Shown piece after piece: positions 58,330 to 64,000 of a stretch of 64,000 nt of DNA. Where the stretch lies: positions 160,001 through 224,000 of the forward strand of contig CAWAWS010000005.1 of NCBI GenBank assembly GCA_963785725.1. Reading direction: 5' to 3'. Every line of letters starts with the position of its first letter. The first letter of the stretch is position 1. Below the pieces are notes generated by a model. That model was not told where the DNA came from. It searched no databases and worked only from the letters and a program-made list of their open reading frames with translations. A program made the translations under genes and the position numbers. The stretch is from an uncultured delta proteobacterium (GTDB lineage Bacteria; Myxococcota_A; Polyangia; Palsa-1104).

Positions 58330-59730
58330 ATGAGCGACGATGAAGAAGTGCAACGGGCGCTCGAGCCTGGGCTTGGGCCCGACGAATTCGCGCGGTTCGT
58401 CGCGCGCTCGCAGTCGATCGCCTGCGCCGTCGCCTACAGCGCGCTCGGCGACCGCGCGCTGTCGGAAGATGTCGTACAGGAGGCGTTCTTGATCGCGTGG
58501 CGCGCGCTGCCGTCGCTGCGCGCGTCAACGGCGGAGCCGGCGTGGCTGTGCGGCATCGTCCGTCGCGTCGCCGCCAACGTTCGGCGCAAACGGCGCTGGG
58601 AGGTCACGACGATGGACAGCGCGCCGCAACGGCCCGCGCCCGGACCGAGCGCGCTCGACGAGCTGGTGACGCGCGAGGAAGAGCGGCTGGCCGCGCGTGC
58701 GCTCGCGGTGCTCGCGGACAAGTATCGCGAGCCGCTCGTCCTCTTTTACCGCGGCGATCAGTCGGTGCGAGAGGTCGCCGCGGCGCTCTCACTCTCGGAG
58801 GACGCGGTAAAGCAGCGCCTGAGCCGCGGGCGCAAGCTGCTCGAGCGGCAGCTGCCCGTGGTCGAGCGCGTGCTGCGGGCGACGCGACCGGGTCCGGCGT
58901 TCACGGCCGCGGCCGTCGCGGCGTTCGTGGCCTCGCGCTCGGCGGCTGCCGCCGCGTCGACGACGCCGGCGAGCGGCATCACGGCCGGCAATCTCGCGCT
59001 CGTCGCCGGCTTCGCGCTGCCGATCGTCGCCGGCGTCGCGATCGCGACCGCCTCGTTGGGCAAGCGCCACCTCGCCGCGCCGCACGCGCCGGCGACCGCC
59101 GCCGCAGCGTCGTCGCATGGCGCAGCGGAGGCGGCCGCGAAAACGGCCGGCAGCGCACGTGCACAGCCGAGCGGCGCGCGCGCCGCCGACGACAGGGGCG
59201 CCGCGGTCGCGCCACGCGCCGCATCGGCCGGGCACGGCTGGCGGGCCGCGTTCGAGCGCCGCATCGACCTCGATTTCGGTCAGGCCAACTCGTACGACAT
59301 GATCCGCCTCATCAGCGACGCGACCGACGTGCCGATCCTCGTCAAAGGCGACATCGCCGCGCGCGTGAACCTGCGCCTCACGGACGTCACCGCGCTCGCC
59401 GCGCTCGACGAAATATTGGCGCAGGCCGGCGCCAAGCGGGGTGAGAGCAGCGGCCTGCGCGTCGTTCGCGGCACGCCGGCGCCGGCGCCGCTCGACGGTG
59501 GCGAGCCGATCTCGGCCGAGTTCGCGGACGCCGAGCTGCCCGACGTCCTGCGCGCGATCGAGCCCAAGCTCGGCATGGCCATCGTCGTCGCCGGCGACGT
59601 TCCGCCGACGCGCGTGACCATCAAGCTCGACCACGTCGCGGCCGGCGCGGCGCTCGTCGCAATCCTCGACCAAGTGGGCTTGGCGGTCGAGCGCGTCCCC
59701 GCGCTCGAAGTCACGCCCGACGTCCCATGA
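58330..59730 (+). CDS. ECF sigma factor fused to a TM helix and two secretin-N0/STN-like domains
   Basis: Sigma2 (EDVVQEAFLIAW) and sigma4 (YREPLVLFY...VKQRLSRGR), TM LALVAGFALPIVAGVAIA, then IDLDFGQANSYDMIRLISD...VNLRLTDV...ALDEIL and a second similar domain. Confidence 0.85.
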   Translation: MSDDEEVQRALEPGLGPDEFARFVARSQSIACAVAYSALGDRALSEDVVQEAFLIAWRALPSLRASTAEPAWLCGIVRRVAANVRRKRRWEVTTMDSAPQRPAPGPSALDELVTREEERLAARALAVLADKYREPLVLFYRGDQSVREVAAALSLSEDAVKQRLSRGRKLLERQLPVVERVLRATRPGPAFTAAAVAAFVASRSAAAAASTTPASGITAGNLALVAGFALPIVAGVAIATASLGKRHLAAPHAPATAAAASSHGAAEAAAKTAGSARAQPSGARAADDRGAAVAPRAASAGHGWRAAFERRIDLDFGQANSYDMIRLISDATDVPILVKGDIAARVNLRLTDVTALAALDEILAQAGAKRGESSGLRVVRGTPAPAPLDGGEPISAEFADAELPDVLRAIEPKLGMAIVVAGDVPPTRVTIKLDHVAAGAALVAILDQVGLAVERVPALEVTPDVP

Positions 59731-59979
59731 GCGCGAGAGCACTACGGCGCTCAGGCGGTGAGCGTCGAGTCGACCCAGATCTGCGCGCCGTGATCGCTCG
59801 CGCCCCGCAGCAAATCAGCGTCAAATCTTCACCAGTTAGGTCGCGCTGTGGCCGACGCGGCCACAACCGCGACGAACGCGCCGTCACCCGGGCGCGTCGG
59901 GGTCGCCGCTCGGTCGTGAAGCGCGCGGCGGTGCGCAACATCGCGCCCGCGGCACGTCGGTTGCTCTTGCGGCTTCGGC

Positions 59980-60513
59980 ATGCGCCACATCGCACTCTGG
60001 ACCATCCTGTGCTTCGTCTCGCCCATGTTCGCCAGCCGCGCCCGCGCCGACGAGCCCGTCGCCGCGCCCGCGCCCGACGTCCCGGCGCCGCAGCCCGTCC
60101 CCGTCGCGCCACAGCCCGCAGTCGCGGCCACGCAGCCCGACGTTCCGACGCCGCAGCCCGACGCCGCAGCCACGCAGCCCGTCCTCGTCGCGCCGCAGCT
60201 CGTCCTCGCCACGCCGCCGCCCGGCATCAGCGTGGATCCGCGCCTGCACACGACGCGACGACGCAAGGCGCTGCTCATCACCGGCGGCGTGCTGCTCTCG
60301 GTCGCCGGCGTCCTTACGGTCGTCGGCGCCGCGCTCTACGTCAGCGGCAAGCAGACGGTCGACGCCTGCAACGACGACCCCAACGCGCCCTTCTTGTGCG
60401 GCTTGGGCGGCGCCATCGACCAAGGCATCGGCGAGAGCCTCCTCATCAGCGCCGCGCCCCACTTCGCCGCCGGCATCATCACGATCGCCCTCGGCAACGC
60501 CGATCACCGTTGA
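59980..60513 (+). CDS. Hypothetical membrane protein with Pro/Gln-rich linker
   Basis: Signal peptide, PQP repeats and two TM helices. Confidence 0.65.
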   Translation: MRHIALWTILCFVSPMFASRARADEPVAAPAPDVPAPQPVPVAPQPAVAATQPDVPTPQPDAAATQPVLVAPQLVLATPPPGISVDPRLHTTRRRKALLITGGVLLSVAGVLTVVGAALYVSGKQTVDACNDDPNAPFLCGLGGAIDQGIGESLLISAAPHFAAGIITIALGNADHR

Positions 60514-60533
60514 GTCGCCGGGCGAACGCGACG

Positions 60534-60905
60534 TCAGGTGAGCTTGAGCAGCTCTTTGACCTTGGCGATGACCTGCGGCGCTTGGATCGGCTTCGTAATG
60601 TAAGCGTTCGCGCCCAGGGCCAGCGCGCGCTGCCGATCTTCCTCGGCGCCCTCGGTCGTGATGATGACGATCGGGATCGACTTCAACGCCTCGTCGCTGC
60701 GCACGCGCTTGACGAGCTTGAGGCCATCCATGATCGGCATGTTGATGTCGGTCAGGATGATGTCGAGCTTCGTCGCCGCCATCTTGCGCAGGGCGTCGAC
60801 GCCGTCGTCGGCCTCGAGCACTTCGAGCCCACGAATGCGGCGCAGCGCGAAGACGATGAGCTGCCGCATCGTCGGAGAATCTTCCACCACCAGCGCGGTC
60901 GCCAT
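60534..60905 (-). CDS. cheY: CheY-like response regulator
   Basis: LVVEDS, LTDINMPIMDG, IITTEG and YITKP. Confidence 0.88.
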   Translation of the reverse strand: MATALVVEDSPTMRQLIVFALRRIRGLEVLEADDGVDALRKMAATKLDIILTDINMPIMDGLKLVKRVRSDEALKSIPIVIITTEGAEEDRQRALALGANAYITKPIQAPQVIAKVKELLKLT

Positions 60906-60909
60906 GGCT

Positions 60910-61764
60910 CTACACCAGATCCGCGGCGGCCCAGAGCTGCGGCTTTTTGCCCTTCAGCTCCGCGGCCAGCCACGCGCCCTGAAGGGACGAGGCAGCGTGC
61001 GCGGCCAAGAGGTTGAACAGCTCGTAATCGACATCGGCCAGCGCCGTCTTTTGCGACAACAGATCCCAAATGACGACCGCGCCGACCACTTTGTCGCGAA
61101 TCTTCAAGGGCACGATGATGAGCGGACGCTCGAGATCCGCGCGCGCCCGCAGCCGCTCGCCGTCGACGTAGGTCTGCCCGCTGGCCAGCACTTGGCCGAC
61201 GCGCCCGTCGGCGACGCCGCCTTCGGGCACTTTGGCGCGCTCGACGCCTTCGGCCGCCAGCGTGCGCAGCTTGTGCTGCTCCTCGTCGACGAGCTGGATG
61301 GCGAAGGTCTTGGCGCCGACGAAGTTCAACAAGATCTCGAGGATGATCTGCGTAACTTCGCGTAAATCGAGCGTCGAGTGCAGCTGGAACGAGGCCACGT
61401 ACAAGTTGGCCAGGTTGTTATTTTCGCGCTCGATGTCGTGGTAGCGATCGTTGAAGTCGCGGTTTTGCCGCTCGACGCCCGAGAAGCGCGACAGCAAGCT
61501 CTCGCGCTCGGCCTCCAGCGCCTCGATGCGCGCCACCAGCTCGCGCAGCGCCGCCGCGTTGGGCTTGTCGACGACGGGACCGCCCGCCGCCACCGAGCGC
61601 CGCTCCTCCTCCAGCTGCACGACGCGAAAACGCAGCTTCTCGTTCTCGCGCATCAGCTCTTCGGTGAACTCGGCGCCGCGCTTGAAAAAGGTCTCGATGA
61701 ACTCGCGCTTGGACTCGACGAGATCGAGCTCCTGCAGGTCCGGCTTGTCATCGGGCTTGGACAT
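60910..61764 (-). CDS. Coiled-coil + GAF domain protein of the chemosensory cluster
   Basis: N-terminal coiled coil; LANLYVASFQLHSTLD...VPLKIRDKVVGAV...LLAAHAA GAF pattern. Confidence 0.85.
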   Translation of the reverse strand: MSKPDDKPDLQELDLVESKREFIETFFKRGAEFTEELMRENEKLRFRVVQLEEERRSVAAGGPVVDKPNAAALRELVARIEALEAERESLLSRFSGVERQNRDFNDRYHDIERENNNLANLYVASFQLHSTLDLREVTQIILEILLNFVGAKTFAIQLVDEEQHKLRTLAAEGVERAKVPEGGVADGRVGQVLASGQTYVDGERLRARADLERPLIIVPLKIRDKVVGAVVIWDLLSQKTALADVDYELFNLLAAHAASSLQGAWLAAELKGKKPQLWAAADLV

Positions 61765-61814
61765 TCGCGTTCGCCGAGAATATCACAATCGCCGCCCGTC
61801 GCTAAAAAGCGACA

Positions 61815-61975
61815 CCTCCACCAACCAAGCCGGCAATGCCGCCGCCTCCACCAAACCAAGCCGGCAAGCCGCTGCCTTCGCTCACCGCCTCCACCGACCG
61901 AGCCGGCACAGCCGTCGTCGGCGCAGACGAGCCGGCAAGCCGTCAGCGACGCAAACAAGCCGGCAAAGCCGGCGT
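61815..61975. repeat. Degenerate intergenic direct repeats with AGCCGGCA core
   Basis: AGCCGGCA at 61828, 61859, 61901, 61930 and 61958; CCTCCACC at 61815, 61845 and 61888. Confidence 0.7.
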
Positions 61976-62007
61976 CGGCGCGGAGTCGCGCCGTGATCAA
62001 GGGTGGG

Positions 62008-62104
62008 GCCCCGACGGCTTCGCTACGCGAAGCTGTCGGGGCGGGACGGAACGTCCCGTTAGATCGAAGCGCTTCGCCTTTACTTCTTAGTAAAGGCGAA
62101 GCGC
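62008..62104. repeat. Three consecutive hairpins (REP/MITE-like or structured RNA)
   Basis: 16-bp stem at 62008-62042 (one mismatch), 7-bp stem at 62042-62058, perfect 16-bp stem at 62069-62104. Confidence 0.8.
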
Positions 62105-63174
62105 GTGATGAGGTCGGGGATGCTGCCGAGCGGCGCCACTTCATCGACGGCGCCGGTGGCGATCGCCTCTTGCGGCATGCCGAAGATGACGGCCGTCTCG
62201 GGCGCCTCGGCGATGGTGCGACCGCCGGCGCTCTTGACTGAGCGGACACCGCGGCCGCCGTCGCCGCCCATGCCGGTCAAGACGATGCCCAGCAGATCGG
62301 AGCCCATCGCCAGCGCCGCCATCGTCAGCATGCGATCGACCGACGGGATATAGCGATCGTCGGGCTGCTGCGCGACGATGTCGACTTTGAGCTGCCCGTT
62401 CTCGCGCCGCACCGCCAGCGAGCCCGAGCCCGGCGCCACGAGCACGAGGCCGGTCGTCACGACGTCGCCCGGCTCGGCTTCGCGCACGTTCCACGGCGTC
62501 GTGCGATCGAGCCGCTCGGCGAACGCCTTGGTGAACTTGGCCGGCATGTGCTGCGTGATGATGATGCCCGCCGGCAAGGTCGGCTCGAGCGCCACCAAGA
62601 TGCGGTTGATCGCCGGCGGTCCGCCCGTCGAGGCGCCGATGGCGATGAGCCGGTTGGGCGCCGGACCTTCCTTGCGCGAGACCGGCGGCGGCGCGTGCAC
62701 CGGCACCACCGGAAACGTGCCCGACAGCGTGCTCTGATTGCGGCTGCGCGCCGCCCGCTCGGTCAAGCTGACCATGCGCAGCTGCGTCACGAGCCGCACT
62801 TTGGTGAGCAGCTCTTCTTTGATCGACTTGAGCTCGGGCGTGATCGTCCGCGACGGCTTGGCCACGAAGTCGAGCGCGCCCAGCTCCAGCGCCTTGAAGA
62901 CGTTCTCGCGCGTCGCGTAACCCGAAATCACCAGCACCGGCGTCGGCTGCCGCGCCATCAAGAGGCGCAGGAAGGCAAAGCCGTCCATCTTCGGCATCTC
63001 GAGATCGAGCGTGATGACGTCGGGCGTGAGCGCGAACGCCTGCTTCAAGCCCTCTTCGCCATCGGCGGCGCGACCGACGACCTGAAAGTCGGCCTGGCCT
63101 TCGAGCATGGCGGTGATCGTCTGGCGATTGAACGCCGAGTCGTCGATCACCAAGATGCGAATCGGCTTAGCCAT
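62080..63174 (-). CDS. cheB: Chemotaxis methylesterase CheB (REC + CheB)
   Basis: IDDSAFNR, TLDLEMPKMDG, IGASTGGP, QHMP, PSVD and LTGMGGDG. Confidence 0.95.
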   Translation of the reverse strand: MAKPIRILVIDDSAFNRQTITAMLEGQADFQVVGRAADGEEGLKQAFALTPDVITLDLEMPKMDGFAFLRLLMARQPTPVLVISGYATRENVFKALELGALDFVAKPSRTITPELKSIKEELLTKVRLVTQLRMVSLTERAARSRNQSTLSGTFPVVPVHAPPPVSRKEGPAPNRLIAIGASTGGPPAINRILVALEPTLPAGIIITQHMPAKFTKAFAERLDRTTPWNVREAEPGDVVTTGLVLVAPGSGSLAVRRENGQLKVDIVAQQPDDRYIPSVDRMLTMAALAMGSDLLGIVLTGMGGDGGRGVRSVKSAGGRTIAEAPETAVIFGMPQEAIATGAVDEVAPLGSIPDLITRFAFTKK

Positions 63175-64000
63175 GCGCGGGCTTTCTATAAACCATATCG
63201 TTCTTCAAATGCACGAGGTCGAACGCCGTCGTCACGTTTATCAATGATTCAGAATGGCCCAATAATAGATATCCGCCACGAACCAATTTTTTATGCAGTG
63301 TGGCAATGACCTTGCGCCGCGAGATGGCATCGAAATAGATGAGCACGTTGCGACAGAAGACAACGTCGACGTCACCGACGAGCCGCATCATGGAGTCGTC
63401 GATGAGGTTGATCTGGCCGAAGCTGCACAGGGCGCGCACCTCGTCACGCACCTGTTGCTTGCCGTCGACTTCGCGAAAGTAGCGCCGCCGTAGGCGATCG
63501 TCGGTGGCGCGGAACGACGCGCGGCCGTATTGCGCTTTGCGCGCCGTGTGCAAGCAGCGACGCGAGATGTCATTGCCGAAGACGCGCACGTCCCATTCGG
63601 AGAAGAGGCCGGTCTCCATGATGAGGATGGCGATGGTGTACGCCTCTTCGCCGGACGCGCAGCCGGCCGACCAGACGCTCAAGCGTCGTCCGCGCGGCTT
63701 GTGCTGATAGAGCTCGGGCAAAATCTCGTCACGAAAGGCGTCGAGCTGATAGCTCTCGCGAAAGAAGTAGGTCTCGTTGGTGGTGACGCGGTCGACGACC
63801 TCTTCGAGCTCGGCCTTGCGCGCGCTGCCGTCGACGGAGATGAGGTAGCGATAATATTCGGCGAAGTCGGCGAGCGACAGATCGTCGAGCCGCGGCTGCA
63901 AGCGACGATGAATGATGTAGGCGTTGTCGTCGGCGAAGAAGATGCCGCAGTGCTCGTAAATGAGGTCGCGCAGGAGGCGAAACGTCTCCGGCGACAACCG
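63167..64000 (-). CDS. cheR: Chemotaxis methyltransferase CheR (start probably beyond window edge)
   Basis: TTNETYFFRE, WSAGCASGEEAYT, FCRNVLIYF and GGYLLLGHSES. Confidence 0.95.
   Translation of the reverse strand, partial: RLSPETFRLLRDLIYEHCGIFFADDNAYIIHRRLQPRLDDLSLADFAEYYRYLISVDGSARKAELEEVVDRVTTNETYFFRESYQLDAFRDEILPELYQHKPRGRRLSVWSAGCASGEEAYTIAILIMETGLFSEWDVRVFGNDISRRCLHTARKAQYGRASFRATDDRLRRRYFREVDGKQQVRDEVRALCSFGQINLIDDSMMRLVGDVDVVFCRNVLIYFDAISRRKVIATLHKKLVRGGYLLLGHSESLINVTTAFDLVHLKNDMVYRKPAHG

Overview
GC-rich (roughly 70% by eye) chromosomal region. Gene content points to a myxobacterium (Myxococcota, Polyangia/Haliangium-like): Cys-rich lipoproteins, a TSP3-repeat OmpA, a Hanks kinase, a Haliangium-type BMC-T shell protein and a cheR-cheB-GAF-cheY cluster. 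I count about 64 CDS and see no rRNA, tRNA, CRISPR array or convincing mobile element. Highlights: (1) 1957-10982 is a compact cyclic-nucleotide signalling island. It encodes a secreted FecR-domain protein, an OmpA with five 303-bp tandem modules, a CHASE2 class III cyclase with guanylyl-type (Cya2-like) specificity residues, a Ser/Thr kinase fused to a cNMP-binding domain, an MBL-fold hydrolase and a cNMP-GGDEF enzyme, together a candidate complete bacterial cGMP circuit. (2) 46716-47297 is an AhpD-like gene with an in-frame UGA in a CxxU motif followed by a SECIS-like hairpin, so probably a selenoprotein missed by the ORF track. (3) 11118-16780 is a MaoC-SDR-FkbH-ACP-MBOAT-SGNH cluster that may attach glyceroyl or lactyl groups to a surface polymer. 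(4) Other oddities: a flotillin/NfeD/Zn-ribbon/triple-YbjQ cluster, a duplicated DHp-only membrane sensor, an ECF sigma fused to two secretin-N0/STN-like domains, and an orphan microcompartment shell gene. Several conserved genes carry single-base frameshifts, most likely long-read consensus errors. All family calls come from motif recognition by eye, not from database searches.
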